Made by a program: the position numbers and the translations under genes
The notes under the pieces: generated by a model
Told to the model about the DNA's origin: nothing
Database searches by the model: none
What the model saw: the letters and a program-made list of their open reading frames with translations, nothing else
Part shown: in pieces, positions 43,782 to 53,761 of the stretch
Layout: every line of letters starts with the position of its first letter
Numbering within the stretch: position 1 is the stretch's first letter
Origin: a virus
Taxonomy: Duplodnaviria; Caudoviricetes
IMG/VR virus record: IMGVR_UViG_3300021197_001026
Location: 1,048 to 65,047 of that record
Strand: one strand, 5' to 3'
Length of the DNA stretch: 64,000 bases

Positions 43782-45637
43782 TACCGTCTACCGTCCTGTC
43801 TCATATCAAATCGCAGATCACCTAGTCGCCATCCAAAGCCAGAACCTGTGCTTTCAACCCGAACAACGGCATGCCTAGCTCGAGTCCTTATGTTTGATTG
43901 CGTGGTGCTAGGTGTAACAGTCGCAGTAGCTTGTGTTGTTGGGGTCTCTAAGGGGAAGTTGCTGCCCTTAATGGTGAAGTCGATTGACGCATCTTCTGTA
44001 GTTCCGCTGAACTTAAAGTCAGGGATGATCCTGCTGATCATCATAAAGCGATCACCTTCAGCAATCTCAAGATCACCTGACTCTACAAACGCAGTCATGG
44101 CTGATCCGTCATCATCGAATCCAGTTTCTTGGTTGTACAGGTAATTAGCATCTGTCACCCCAGTATTCACAGATGACGCGATAGGGTTCGAGGCTTGCGA
44201 GTAACCCATCCATGCGCCCCGATCCAACGTCCCAACAGCCCAAAGATTCTCTGCGTAATTGTACGATACATAGTTCGTAATCTCTGTGTCGCCTGTACCC
44301 ACTGGGTAGAACCATATGACCTCTGAGAAGTCATTGTTCTCGGCAGCAAACACCTTGAACGCTTGGCCCTTGTTGAGATTAGAAAAGACATGCTCTTTTA
44401 CGCTACACGGCAGTGGCTGGACTGACCCGTTGTAGACATAAAAACCACCTGAATCCATGAAGTAGACCGAACCTCTAGCGTTTACCGCTGCGTTAGGTGA
44501 GATCATAGATATGTCAGTGCTTAGCGTTGCAAACTGGAATGTGAACGGGGCACCTACAAATCGCATTGAGTGAAGGCTGACATCTGTAAACACAAGGATC
44601 TCTTGCCTTGTTTGAACAGCACCAACGATCTGGGAGCCGGAGTTTATTCGTACACCACCAGCAGTGTTTGTTGCTGTTGGCGTCCAGTCAGCAGCGTTCT
44701 CTTGATCTGAGAAGCGTATAAACAATGGATCAATGTTGGATGAGCCAATCGGGTTAGTGCCAAACGCTATAACGTGTTGATCTATATCAGAAACTAAAAC
44801 CTGCAACGCAACGGTTGGCACATTAGATGCGCTGCCCAAAGCTGTGGCGTTGATCGCTCTAGCACCAGTACCAGAAGACTCGTCCCAGTAGAAGATGCCG
44901 CCACCCCTGATGTTGAAGATCAAGTCCTCACCAAAGTTATCCTGACTAATCAAGCGCAACTGACCGGCAGCAGCAACACTGCTAGAGCTACCCCAAGTGC
45001 CAGAACCCCATGTGCCAGCACCCCAGCCAGTGCCTTGAACAAACGTGTTCAGACCTGTATTGATCTGATACGCAGCCACTGTTGAGCTACCACCGTTGCC
45101 ACTGTCGCTTGCGTTGGCGGTCACAGTCGCACCACTAGTATCTTTCGCCACGATGGTGAAGGTGTTTGTCGTGGGCACAGAAGCAATTTGATACTCCTGA
45201 TTTAAGACCGATGCGATTACATTACCGCCCAAAGATGCTGCATCAGAGAAGGTAACGAAGTCATTGACCACTGCACCGTGTGCAGTCTCAGTGACGGTGA
45301 TAGTTGAGGAACCATTAGTAGCTGCAAAGGTCGCGTCACCCGCGCTAGTGGTCAGCCTGATCGGTGTGACATCGTTGTATCCAGAGCCTTCTGCTACATA
45401 GAACTTTAGATTGGTGCCAATCCCAATGTAGTTTATTGATTCGAGCGAAGCCCAGTGATGAAGTGATCGGCACACACCAAGAAAGCTTTGATCAGAGTAC
45501 TTAGTCCAACCGCCAATCTTTTCTACTCGGCCTTGCCTGAACCTGATCTTGTCAGAGTCAAACCAGCCAGCATCGGCTGTGTATTCGGTGCCTTCTTTGT
45601 TAACGCCTGGGGCGAACTGTACCTTCGCCAGCGTCAT
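43781..45637 (-). CDS. Tail nozzle/DNA-stabilisation protein (P22 gp10-like)
   Basis: PGVNKE.T...W.D.DK.RFRQG..EKIGGW...IRFSDQE...GWRLG..R.D...DGRR. Confidence 0.7.
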   Translation of the reverse strand: MTLAKVQFAPGVNKEGTEYTADAGWFDSDKIRFRQGRVEKIGGWTKYSDQSFLGVCRSLHHWASLESINYIGIGTNLKFYVAEGSGYNDVTPIRLTTSAGDATFAATNGSSTITVTETAHGAVVNDFVTFSDAASLGGNVIASVLNQEYQIASVPTTNTFTIVAKDTSGATVTANASDSGNGGSSTVAAYQINTGLNTFVQGTGWGAGTWGSGTWGSSSSVAAAGQLRLISQDNFGEDLIFNIRGGGIFYWDESSGTGARAINATALGSASNVPTVALQVLVSDIDQHVIAFGTNPIGSSNIDPLFIRFSDQENAADWTPTATNTAGGVRINSGSQIVGAVQTRQEILVFTDVSLHSMRFVGAPFTFQFATLSTDISMISPNAAVNARGSVYFMDSGGFYVYNGSVQPLPCSVKEHVFSNLNKGQAFKVFAAENNDFSEVIWFYPVGTGDTEITNYVSYNYAENLWAVGTLDRGAWMGYSQASNPIASSVNTGVTDANYLYNQETGFDDDGSAMTAFVESGDLEIAEGDRFMMISRIIPDFKFSGTTEDASIDFTIKGSNFPLETPTTQATATVTPSTTQSNIRTRARHAVVRVESTGSGFGWRLGDLRFDMRQDGRR

Positions 45638-46552
45638 TTAGTATTGACCAATCAACGAAGCTAACCCTACAGGGCCACCCGTTGCCTTACCGACGTTCAT
45701 CGTTGGCCTGACGTTTGGCCTCCCACCAGCTTGCCCCATCTGCATCGCTTGATATCTGGGTGATTGAGTTATTTCTCCCATTAAGCTTTTTGTCCTACTG
45801 CCTGGCCCTTGAGTCTGAAACATCGGTCTTTCCGGCAAACCTTGAGTCAATCTTGGCGGTGGGTTGTTGCCAAAAAACGGGGCGCTTTCCACAGCGTCCA
45901 TAAATAAGTCGGATACTTGAACATTAGGTGTAGGCGAAAGTGTAGGTCTTGGAGTTGGATAAAGATCAAGGTTTGGAGGTTGAGAAGGTGAAGGTGCTAA
46001 TCTTGAAAACCCACCACCTGTCCTTGATGACAGTTCCTCTTGACGAATTCTTGCTTGTTCAGGTGTTAATCCCGATGGCAGTCCAGTGACCGTGCCATAT
46101 GTGGGTGGCGGTAAAGACTTCCCAAGGGTGGGGTCTGGATTCCTGTTATAATAATCTACCACAGCTTGCGACTCTGGATTGAAAGTCCTTGCCCCACCTT
46201 TAGAGCCGCCTTTGCCAGAACTCGTCTGAACAGGAAACCCTGTAGCAGGATCAATCTGTCTTTGACTTATTGCTGGCTGTCTAGATAAGAAATCACCCAA
46301 CCCTGTTGGGCCTTGCATCCCACCATAACGATTTGGCGGTTGACTGTAAGGATTTCTCGGCATTGGATATCTGGGTTGTGGACTAGGAAATCTGCGAGGC
46401 ATGTTTCTTCCGTAGTCATAATTATCAGGAACCGTGCCTCTTCCAGCAGGAATCTGACTTCTTAAAACACCCCCTCTAGTAGGAAACCCTGTACTAGGAA
46501 CAACATTCCCACCGCCTTTTGATCCCGCTGTTCCAGGAGTGCTTTTAGCCAT
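45638..46552 (-). CDS. Pro/Gly-rich disordered protein
   Basis: 304-aa low-complexity ORF that exactly fills the operon gap. Confidence 0.55.
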   Translation of the reverse strand: MAKSTPGTAGSKGGGNVVPSTGFPTRGGVLRSQIPAGRGTVPDNYDYGRNMPRRFPSPQPRYPMPRNPYSQPPNRYGGMQGPTGLGDFLSRQPAISQRQIDPATGFPVQTSSGKGGSKGGARTFNPESQAVVDYYNRNPDPTLGKSLPPPTYGTVTGLPSGLTPEQARIRQEELSSRTGGGFSRLAPSPSQPPNLDLYPTPRPTLSPTPNVQVSDLFMDAVESAPFFGNNPPPRLTQGLPERPMFQTQGPGSRTKSLMGEITQSPRYQAMQMGQAGGRPNVRPTMNVGKATGGPVGLASLIGQY

Positions 46553-46971
46553 TATGCATATTCTCCAGATCTAATCATTTCGGTCACCCTCACAGCCCTC
46601 ATGCCTACTTGTTTCGCCCACTTGCTGTCCATAAATTCATCAGCAGCTATATCGAACTGTTCGCGTGACATAGCCTCAAGAGCCTTTACAAAACCACGCA
46701 ATCTGGTCAGACCAAGGTTGAAACACATATCAATCATTGCATCCTGACGCGCTTCGTTGATGCCGTTGAACCAGAAGTATGTGTCGGCAAGCTCGCTTTT
46801 TACTCGCGCTACATCATTCGCCAACAAGTATTCGATCTCATCGTCAGATAGCCCAAGGCCAGACTCTGAGATATTTCTGCCGACACCTATGGTTTCATAC
46901 CCAGCACTGCACATATAAACTTTAGACCTGACGCCTTCATGGCGTTTGATCATTTCAACAAGCTTGCTCAT
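46552..46971 (-). CDS. Endolysin, GH24 (T4-like) lysozyme
   Basis: HEG.R...Y.C.AG..TIGVGRN...M.FNLG...A.E..DS.W..QVG.RA. Confidence 0.9.
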   Translation of the reverse strand: MSKLVEMIKRHEGVRSKVYMCSAGYETIGVGRNISESGLGLSDDEIEYLLANDVARVKSELADTYFWFNGINEARQDAMIDMCFNLGLTRLRGFVKALEAMSREQFDIAADEFMDSKWAKQVGMRAVRVTEMIRSGEYA

Positions 46972-47354
46972 TACTTCTCCCGTGCCACGGAATTAACCTT
47001 CTCGTAGGAGCGCATAGCGCCCAATCCGAGCATACCCATCATAACGGGCACAAGAAGCGTTGTATCCACTTCTGGCACATCTACCCAGATACTAATTATG
47101 TTGGCAATGATGGTGTTGTAGAGTAGGCCCAGCGCACAGATCCAACCGATGGCAGGTCGCCACCCAGCAACAAACAAGCTCTTGTGTGCCGCTTCCATCT
47201 TATTGATTTCAAGCTGGCCCTTGAGTGCCTCATGCGAGTGTCTTTCACTCATCGTCGCTATCTCATGGGCTAAAGCGTTCTTCTGGTCTTTGTCTTCTAT
47301 GAACTTGTCCAGCAGCCCAGTGACCGGCCCAACGAGCGATGCAACAATACTCAT
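46971..47354 (-). CDS. Holin (3TM/GTA-holin-like)
   Basis: FVAGWRPAIGW...GMLGLGAMRSYEK; adjacent to the lysozyme. Confidence 0.8.
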   Translation of the reverse strand: MSIVASLVGPVTGLLDKFIEDKDQKNALAHEIATMSERHSHEALKGQLEINKMEAAHKSLFVAGWRPAIGWICALGLLYNTIIANIISIWVDVPEVDTTLLVPVMMGMLGLGAMRSYEKVNSVAREK

Positions 47355-47357
47355 AAT

Positions 47358-47693
47358 CTATTTCCTATTTGACCATGCTTGTGCGCCAAAAAACGCAGCT
47401 AGGATGCCTGCAACACTCACAAAATAAACTGCTGCCATATCGCCCAAAATAGATGCAGCTTGATTCATCCCAAAGAACTCACTGACAACCACAAGGCTTG
47501 GATAGAGCAACATGCCCCATAGCGCAAACCAACTCATAGCACGTTGAGCGTCTGCTCGTTCATGCCGTAATCGTAGTTCTTGTAGCTCTCTGCTAGTTTG
47601 TAGCTCTTCGTCAGTAACAATGCCATCACCATCCGCATCGTATTCGGCGTATTCAGAACCTTCTTGTAGCTTCTTTGCTGCCATATCAGTCAT
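47358..47693 (-). CDS. Membrane protein with EF-hand-like loop
   Basis: DADGDGIVTDEE followed by two TM segments. Confidence 0.65.
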   Translation of the reverse strand: MTDMAAKKLQEGSEYAEYDADGDGIVTDEELQTSRELQELRLRHERADAQRAMSWFALWGMLLYPSLVVVSEFFGMNQAASILGDMAAVYFVSVAGILAAFFGAQAWSNRK

Positions 47694-47901
47694 AGAATTT
47701 TATGTTTGGCCTGACTTTAACAGGGATACAGTAGGCTGTAATGTTTTGCTGATTGTTCAACCGCTTGCCTTCTACAGGCTTGATAGTTCCCTGCTCTAGC
47801 CAATAAGCAAATTGATTGCACCTGTGGATGTTACGGAAGTGAAACTGGCCCGCGACTTGTTCGCCTTCGACCAGCATAACTAGCAGGAACGCCATTATCA
47901 T
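47686..47901 (-). CDS. Hypothetical protein
   Basis: Overlapping ORF in the late operon. Confidence 0.55.
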   Translation of the reverse strand: MIMAFLLVMLVEGEQVAGQFHFRNIHRCNQFAYWLEQGTIKPVEGKRLNNQQNITAYCIPVKVRPNIKFYD

Positions 47902-48362
47902 CCGAATATCTTAATGATTAACACTATGGCCCCAACCGCTATTGACCCCCCAATCAGGAGCGTCGTTCCTCCTACTAAAATCTGGCTGATAAGAATAGCA
48001 CGCGCTTTTTTCTTTCGAGCTAACATAGCTATGTGCCTCTGTCGTGCTTCTTCCTGTTCTTTTTTGGCCCTTTTGAAATCCTCCAAGAGCTTCGGGTCGG
48101 CAACCAAAAGCAAGTCATTTACGCTTTGCCAATGCCTCTCATACTGCCTACGAAGCATTTGTATTTTGAGGATGTCATTTTGGCTAAGAGCCTTGAACGT
48201 AGAGTTTTTACGGTCTACTTCAAACGTGTTAAGGGCTTCTCCAAAGTCGGAGATCAGTCCCATCGCCTGCTGCACGCCCGAACCTGTTTCGTTAACCTGT
48301 TGAATTACTTGGTTAATTTGGTTTAGCAGCAACCCCGCCGCTGCAACAGATTCGATCACCAT
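47898..48362 (-). CDS. Hypothetical protein with C-terminal TM
   Basis: 154-aa ORF in the operon. Confidence 0.6.
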   Translation of the reverse strand: MVIESVAAAGLLLNQINQVIQQVNETGSGVQQAMGLISDFGEALNTFEVDRKNSTFKALSQNDILKIQMLRRQYERHWQSVNDLLLVADPKLLEDFKRAKKEQEEARQRHIAMLARKKKARAILISQILVGGTTLLIGGSIAVGAIVLIIKIFG

Positions 48363-48372
48363 AGGACTTACC

Positions 48373-48555
48373 TCACATAAATTGCGGTAAAGCTACAGCT
48401 ACAATCACTGTGACGTAGACCCCCCAAATCATCATTTCGAGACGATCAAATCGTTTGCTGCCAGAAGCGAGGCGCTTTTCGATAGCTTCGTAGCGCACGG
48501 TACACTCTCGCTCATGCGCTTCAATTTGCGCTATGGCTTTCTCAGTGGGTGTCAC
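48373..48555 (-). CDS. Small coiled-coil plus TM protein (HERECTVRY)
   Basis: Haemolysin-XhlA-like layout. Confidence 0.6.
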   Translation of the reverse strand: MTPTEKAIAQIEAHERECTVRYEAIEKRLASGSKRFDRLEMMIWGVYVTVIVAVALPQFM

Positions 48556-48785
48556 TGAACCGCTACTTCTGCTTCTGACTCTTCATCTTCAGCAGGCTTA
48601 ACTGCATTGATAATAGCGTCACCGTAAGCATTCAGTACGACTTGACGCTCGTTGATCTGCATTTGCAAACGTGCGATTTCTTGCCGGATCTCAGCAACAC
48701 GCGCAACGTGCATCTGGGTCTCAACGGTCAGGTCTGACACGTTATGCTCTTCGTCGTTAATGACAATCTTTTGTTCTTCGCTCAT
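48552..48785 (-). CDS. Small coiled-coil protein, possible tail-fibre chaperone
   Basis: TAATG coupling at 48785. Confidence 0.55.
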   Translation of the reverse strand: MSEEQKIVINDEEHNVSDLTVETQMHVARVAEIRQEIARLQMQINERQVVLNAYGDAIINAVKPAEDEESEAEVAVQ

Positions 48786-49108
48786 TACCAAGGTACTCCG
48801 TTAGCCGTGGCTGGTGTAATTTGCTCGTCAATGTTAGCTTGCAGTCCTGCTTCGACAGTATCTTTGCCAACGTCAGCCTGAACCCATCCAATCACATCAG
48901 CTTCGGTCAAATCGTCGTAAGCGATATAGCCTGACGCCGTGGGATCAGGCGTGAAGCTACACGTCCCGTAAGTATGAGCGCGGAAGGAATCGTCACCGTC
49001 TATCTGCTCTGCATTGCATACCCAGTGAGCGACGACGACAGCGCCGTTCATATTTTCGGGTAGTAGGTCTCGTTCTAAAGTCGATATGACCCAAGTGAAA
49101 GTAGCCAT
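48785..49108 (-). CDS. Tail-fibre-associated protein
   Basis: W.I..LER...HW...YIAYDDLTEADVIGWV...GVPW; follows the tail fibre. Confidence 0.65.
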   Translation of the reverse strand: MATFTWVISTLERDLLPENMNGAVVVAHWVCNAEQIDGDDSFRAHTYGTCSFTPDPTASGYIAYDDLTEADVIGWVQADVGKDTVEAGLQANIDEQITPATANGVPW

Positions 49109-51387
49109 TAGTTATTCTCCAGTGTTTGTACTTTAGCCTCTAAGGTTTCAATGCGGGTCATAGCTTCTTGCAAGGCTTTAGTCACCTTCCACATCATCTG
49201 CGCTTCATTGACACCAATGCGTTCTTCAACGGCTGCTTTAGCCTCTGTAACTACTTCACCGTCCTCGCCAAGAACTTCTTCTACCGCGTCAGCTTGCTCT
49301 TGAAATACATTAACTAAATCAGGGCAATGCTCTTGAATCTGCTGTGCGATAACGCCAATCTTTACAGGTGAGTCATCTGCCTCATCCTTATAGCGGTAGT
49401 CAACAATCTCCCATGCCTTAACGCAATTCCACTCATTGTCTGTGTGAATCGTAATATCTTTCTTAGCATTTCGGTCAGACAGGTTGACGTTATTACCTGA
49501 ATAATTAAGTACGCCTCCGTTTGAGTAAACACCAAATTTTGCTCCCGTTGTGGAAGTGCAGTATATAAAATGATTGTCTGTGCCGTTAGGGTTTACCGAA
49601 GTGTAATCAATAGCAAGTCCGTAAGGACTCCCAGTGCTGTTGTTAATGCGTTGTGTCCAATGAGCAGATACGGTTTGCAAAACTTGAAGTTTTGCTGATG
49701 AACTGCTCAAAATTGATGTTGTGTTAATTAGTAGCCGCTGGCTGGAGTCTATGTGCATGCTTTCTGAGGCGTTGGTATAAAACCTCATGGTATTATCACT
49801 ATGCTTGTACTGGATCAATCCAGCATACTGAGCCGTAGAGCCTGATGCATTTGAGTCAGCAAAAGCAACGTGACCGAAGCCGTTTGCATCATTCGTATCA
49901 TCTGAAAACAGTGTTAAAGTATTTGCCTCAGCGCCAGAACCTATTACTACATGTTTTCCACTAAGCGAATTAAAAGCTGCTGGGTTACTGTTGCCAATAC
50001 CCACGTTGCCACTTGAGTCGATGCGCATGCGTTCGCTCGTGGAGCTAGTACCAGTCTGGAAAATCATCAGACCGTTGCCTGACGTGCCTATAACTGCGCT
50101 ACCGCCAGACATGCCCATGAAGAATTCAGCATCTGTAACATCTGTTTCATGGATATTTATAACTGGCTTAGTGTTAGCTAGTTCAAGGATGCCAACAGCC
50201 GAACCTGAGAACTTTGCTGCTTGGGGGCTAGTGGTGCCGATGCCGACGTTGCCCGAATTCAAAGTCATGGTTTCGGTTTCTGTGCCGCCCGCAATCGTGA
50301 AGAAGCGTAACTGCCCGTCCTCCGTGCCGTCAGAAGCATCGGTGATTTTTGCGCTTATGAAGCCATAGCGAACGTCTTGTGTGTTGTCATTGCGACCTTC
50401 AAAGTCTATTTGACCAATAACATCTGCATCAGCAGGGTTGGCTGAGAATCTGTACATACGCAGATTGGGGCCAGAGTTGTCATCGGTGTCTGTGCTTATA
50501 AGAGATAAATTGTCTGTGTTGTCAGCAACCGTAATCGTAGCGCCAGCAGAAGACGTAATAGCACCATCCACTTGCAGCGTAGAAGCCATATCCACAGCAC
50601 CATCAATATCCACGACATCCAGATTAGTTGTGCCGTCAACGTCTATATCGCCTGAGATGTCTAAGCTGGCAAACACAGAAGTGCCTGTCGCGGTCACAGT
50701 GCCTGATACGTCAGCGTTACCGTTGATGTCTATGAGCGTCGCAGTCAGATCAATCTCATCTGTAGCACCTAGCGCCAAGACAGTCGCGCTTGAGCCTTGT
50801 ATGAACTGGCTCGCATCGTTGAACATAATCTTGTTGGTGCTATTAAGCGTTAGGCCAGAACCGTCTGTGTGCGTGAGCGTAGTATCGCCATCTGCGCCAA
50901 ACGTGATGACTGCGCTGTCAGAGGTAAACGTCAGGTCATCGTCAATGAACAAATCAGGCACAGACAGGTCTTGGAGAGCATCTACCATCGCGCCACCAGA
51001 GCCTGCGCCGTCACTGTAAATCGCTTTGGTCTGACCATTAGCGATAGTAACGGTGGCACCAGAGCCTTGTTTAATGATGATCGACTGTGATCCGCTGGTT
51101 GCGTTCTCAATAAACCAGAGCTTGCTGACCGTGTTTGGCCCTATAGTGATGGTGCAAGTTGAATCAAGAGTGCCAGTGTATTTGAGGAAGAGACTGCGGC
51201 CCGGATCAGTAGACCCATCAGCAATAGTAGTAGTATGAGTATCAGCATTCGTCGTAATAGCTTCGGTGCCAAAACTAAATGCCTCTGCAATCAACTCAAG
51301 GTTGGTGTTTGTACTGGTGCCCCATGTACCTGCCTCATCGCCAGTAGATATCTCTTTCAGGCGTAAATCGTTAACGTAAGTTGCCAT
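49108..51387 (-). CDS. Tail fibre with C-terminal intramolecular chaperone (peptidase S74-like)
   Basis: GTWG..TNTNL N-terminus, GNVGIG repeats, SDRNAKKDI...GVIAQ, terminal coiled coil. Confidence 0.85.
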   Translation of the reverse strand: MATYVNDLRLKEISTGDEAGTWGTSTNTNLELIAEAFSFGTEAITTNADTHTTTIADGSTDPGRSLFLKYTGTLDSTCTITIGPNTVSKLWFIENATSGSQSIIIKQGSGATVTIANGQTKAIYSDGAGSGGAMVDALQDLSVPDLFIDDDLTFTSDSAVITFGADGDTTLTHTDGSGLTLNSTNKIMFNDASQFIQGSSATVLALGATDEIDLTATLIDINGNADVSGTVTATGTSVFASLDISGDIDVDGTTNLDVVDIDGAVDMASTLQVDGAITSSAGATITVADNTDNLSLISTDTDDNSGPNLRMYRFSANPADADVIGQIDFEGRNDNTQDVRYGFISAKITDASDGTEDGQLRFFTIAGGTETETMTLNSGNVGIGTTSPQAAKFSGSAVGILELANTKPVINIHETDVTDAEFFMGMSGGSAVIGTSGNGLMIFQTGTSSTSERMRIDSSGNVGIGNSNPAAFNSLSGKHVVIGSGAEANTLTLFSDDTNDANGFGHVAFADSNASGSTAQYAGLIQYKHSDNTMRFYTNASESMHIDSSQRLLINTTSILSSSSAKLQVLQTVSAHWTQRINNSTGSPYGLAIDYTSVNPNGTDNHFIYCTSTTGAKFGVYSNGGVLNYSGNNVNLSDRNAKKDITIHTDNEWNCVKAWEIVDYRYKDEADDSPVKIGVIAQQIQEHCPDLVNVFQEQADAVEEVLGEDGEVVTEAKAAVEERIGVNEAQMMWKVTKALQEAMTRIETLEAKVQTLENN

Positions 51388-51525
51388 TTATCTTCTCCGA
51401 CTTTTAGTCTTAGGCTTTGGCTTCTTCATAGACGCCACATGCTTCTTGAGCGTTTCAGCTTGCTTCTTGTGTGTCTTAGAGGCTTTCTCTAATCCCTTAA
51501 TAACTTTCTTGACCCTGCGTACCAT
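51388..51525 (-). CDS. Small basic peptide (MVRRVKKVIKGLEKASKTH...)
   Basis: TAATG coupling at 51525. Confidence 0.55.
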   Translation of the reverse strand: MVRRVKKVIKGLEKASKTHKKQAETLKKHVASMKKPKPKTKSRRR

Positions 51526-52094
51526 TACGCTACCTCTTCCCAATTCGGTGTTTGACTGTCGGTGACAGCAGTCCAACTTGGTGTTTGACTATCCGTTATA
51601 GTACCCCAGTTGGGGTCTTGGCCATCATTTATGATGCCATAAACAAGGAAATACCCTATCGCTCCTGTCGCTGAAACACCCGTGACAGAAACGTTTGCAT
51701 CTGCTGCAACGGCAACATTTCCAACAACAGAGTCACCTTGGACTCCAGTGATAGAAACATTTGCCGTACCCGTAACTGTAACCGAGCCAACGGCTCCAGT
51801 GCCAACAATGCCAGTAACACTAGCATTCGCATCAGCGGATACAGTAACCGTTCCGACAGATCCAGTTCCAACCACGCCTGTGACAGAAACGTCGACACCC
51901 GTCCCTTGGACGATTGTGACTGACCCGATTGCCCCTGTGCCAGAAACGCCTGTGACAGTGGCATTTGCGTCTGCGCTGACTGTGACAGTCGTAACCGCGC
52001 CAGTGCCTGCAACACCCGTGACTTCAACAGGAATTGCTTCATTCCAAGCGCCTTGGCCCCAAGTGCCTCTGCCCCAGCCCGTGACATTAGCCAT
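51525..52094 (-). CDS. Virion structural protein with V.VTGV..TG.VG repeats
   Basis: GWG..TWG..AW N-terminus and repeated beta motifs. Confidence 0.7.
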   Translation of the reverse strand: MANVTGWGRGTWGQGAWNEAIPVEVTGVAGTGAVTTVTVSADANATVTGVSGTGAIGSVTIVQGTGVDVSVTGVVGTGSVGTVTVSADANASVTGIVGTGAVGSVTVTGTANVSITGVQGDSVVGNVAVAADANVSVTGVSATGAIGYFLVYGIINDGQDPNWGTITDSQTPSWTAVTDSQTPNWEEVA

Positions 52095-52097
52095 TCC

Positions 52098-52529
52098 CTA
52101 TGCGATGCGAATAATCGCATTCGATGCATCTGCTGCTGGAAACTGCACGGTGAAATCCCCTGAACTGGAGGACTTATCAGCACCAAAATCCAAAGCACAT
52201 ACCGCAGGATCACCGGAAGCACTGTCATTGAAGATCAATGCTCCACGCGCGGTTAACGTGCTAGAGCTAAACGTTAAATCAGAAAAGTCTGTTATGGCAG
52301 TAGTCCCATCGTTGCTAGGATCAACACGAGTGAGTGATGCACCTTTCGCGGTGTAGCCTGTACCAGATATTTCGTTCGACGTGGTATATGCCGTAGTACC
52401 TGCGCCTAAAGAGGCAGAGCTTGTGTACAACGCAAGATTGAAGGTGCTACCACCCGTATTTTTAAAATTGTGAACAGCTTCTAAAATTTCTTTTTTGAAG
52501 GTAGTACACATTGCTGTCGTTATCGCCAT
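52098..52529 (-). CDS. Virion (tail) structural protein
   Basis: MAITTAMC.TFK.E.L...H.F...LALYT...LDFG.DK...FP.A....AIIRIA. Confidence 0.7.
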   Translation of the reverse strand: MAITTAMCTTFKKEILEAVHNFKNTGGSTFNLALYTSSASLGAGTTAYTTSNEISGTGYTAKGASLTRVDPSNDGTTAITDFSDLTFSSSTLTARGALIFNDSASGDPAVCALDFGADKSSSSGDFTVQFPAADASNAIIRIA

Positions 52530-52822
52530 TACAGACTCCTAATTATGTTTGCCATGTCAGCGTGCCCTTGTTTTTCTAGCTCTGCAATCAAGGTCGTCCT
52601 ATCGCTTTTTATCGCCTCTTTGATGTAAAAAACCGCCGTTGCTTGTACCGATTCTTTGAAAGCCTCTGCCTGTTGCGCAATCAAAGGATGGCAGTTACCG
52701 CCAACGCTCACAATCCTATCCGCCGCAGCTTTCGCCCAAAACTCAGGGTCGTGTCCTTTGTCTTGTGTAGTTGCCACTACAACGCTACCAACCTCAAGAC
52801 TTGATGCCTCAAACAAAGCCAA
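52529..52822 (-). CDS. Conserved hypothetical protein
   Basis: Operon ORF with TTG start. Confidence 0.6.
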   Translation of the reverse strand: MALFEASSLEVGSVVVATTQDKGHDPEFWAKAAADRIVSVGGNCHPLIAQQAEAFKESVQATAVFYIKEAIKSDRTTLIAELEKQGHADMANIIRSL

Positions 52823-52824
52823 GT

Positions 52825-53460
52825 TTACCCCCTAGCAATGTCATATCGGTATTCATCTCTAGAACCGTAACCTTCGCCCAAAGCCTTGAGTGACGCGACA
52901 GCTTGCGAGAACCGTTGTTCGTATTGAGCCGCTTCTTCTGGATTTTTCAAGAAGGTAGCAGCCTCTACGAGCGTGCCATACAGCAAAGCATCAGGAGCAT
53001 TATCGGACAACCAAGTGGTGCTTGTGCCGGAAGTAGTGGTCAAAGACGCAGGGCGGTACTTGTAGTGCAACTCGAACGCATAGTCAGACGCAGGCGTTGG
53101 TGCTAGCAAAAAAGTATTGTCGTCGAACAGGGCGTAGTACTGCGTAGGACCAGTGGTATTAGCGTTTGGCGTGTATTGCCGAATAAACGTCGTATGTTTG
53201 AATAAAGGATAGGTGTACACGCTATCAATGATCAAAGCCAAGCTGTACGACGCTAAAAAGTCTGACGGCGTAGCTAGATAAGGAAAACCTGTGGTTGCGT
53301 TACCAGTCACGTTTTTGCGAAAAACTGGTAAAGAAACGTTTTTTAGTATTCGTTCTTCGGCTTCTTCAATAAACGTGTCTAATCCTGCAACAAAAGTCGT
53401 TTCAGCGGTTTCGCAGTAGTCTTGTACCGCAGATTTGAGAGTAGCTAAAGTAAAACTCAT
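52825..53460 (-). CDS. Head-tail adaptor/tail-tube-like protein, module B
   Basis: Homolog of 1-524. Confidence 0.7.
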   Translation of the reverse strand: MSFTLATLKSAVQDYCETAETTFVAGLDTFIEEAEERILKNVSLPVFRKNVTGNATTGFPYLATPSDFLASYSLALIIDSVYTYPLFKHTTFIRQYTPNANTTGPTQYYALFDDNTFLLAPTPASDYAFELHYKYRPASLTTTSGTSTTWLSDNAPDALLYGTLVEAATFLKNPEEAAQYEQRFSQAVASLKALGEGYGSRDEYRYDIARG

Positions 53461-53759
53461 GTCGTCACCACCGTTACTTCACCAACAAGTCCAGAAGCTT
53501 TTACAGGCACAAAAGGGTTGATCCCGACAACCGGAACGCCAACCGACACAACCATTGGCTCGACTCGGTCTGGTCGAGGGTTTTTCAAAGCTTGCGGGTC
53601 GTCGACCCTTGGCAAAGGCAAAAGTTGCGGCTGTTTTGGCTCAAACTCATCAAACCCTACAAGACTACCGTTCCATTCTTTACGCATGCGATTGAGCTTG
53701 TAGCGAAAACCAGAGCGATCTGAGATACCGTAAGCGTTTTTACCTGATGCAAACCCCAT
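53457..53759 (-). CDS. Conserved late protein, module B
   Basis: Homolog of 524-841. Confidence 0.7.
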   Translation of the reverse strand: MGFASGKNAYGISDRSGFRYKLNRMRKEWNGSLVGFDEFEPKQPQLLPLPRVDDPQALKNPRPDRVEPMVVSVGVPVVGINPFVPVKASGLVGEVTVVTT

Positions 53760-53761
53760 GG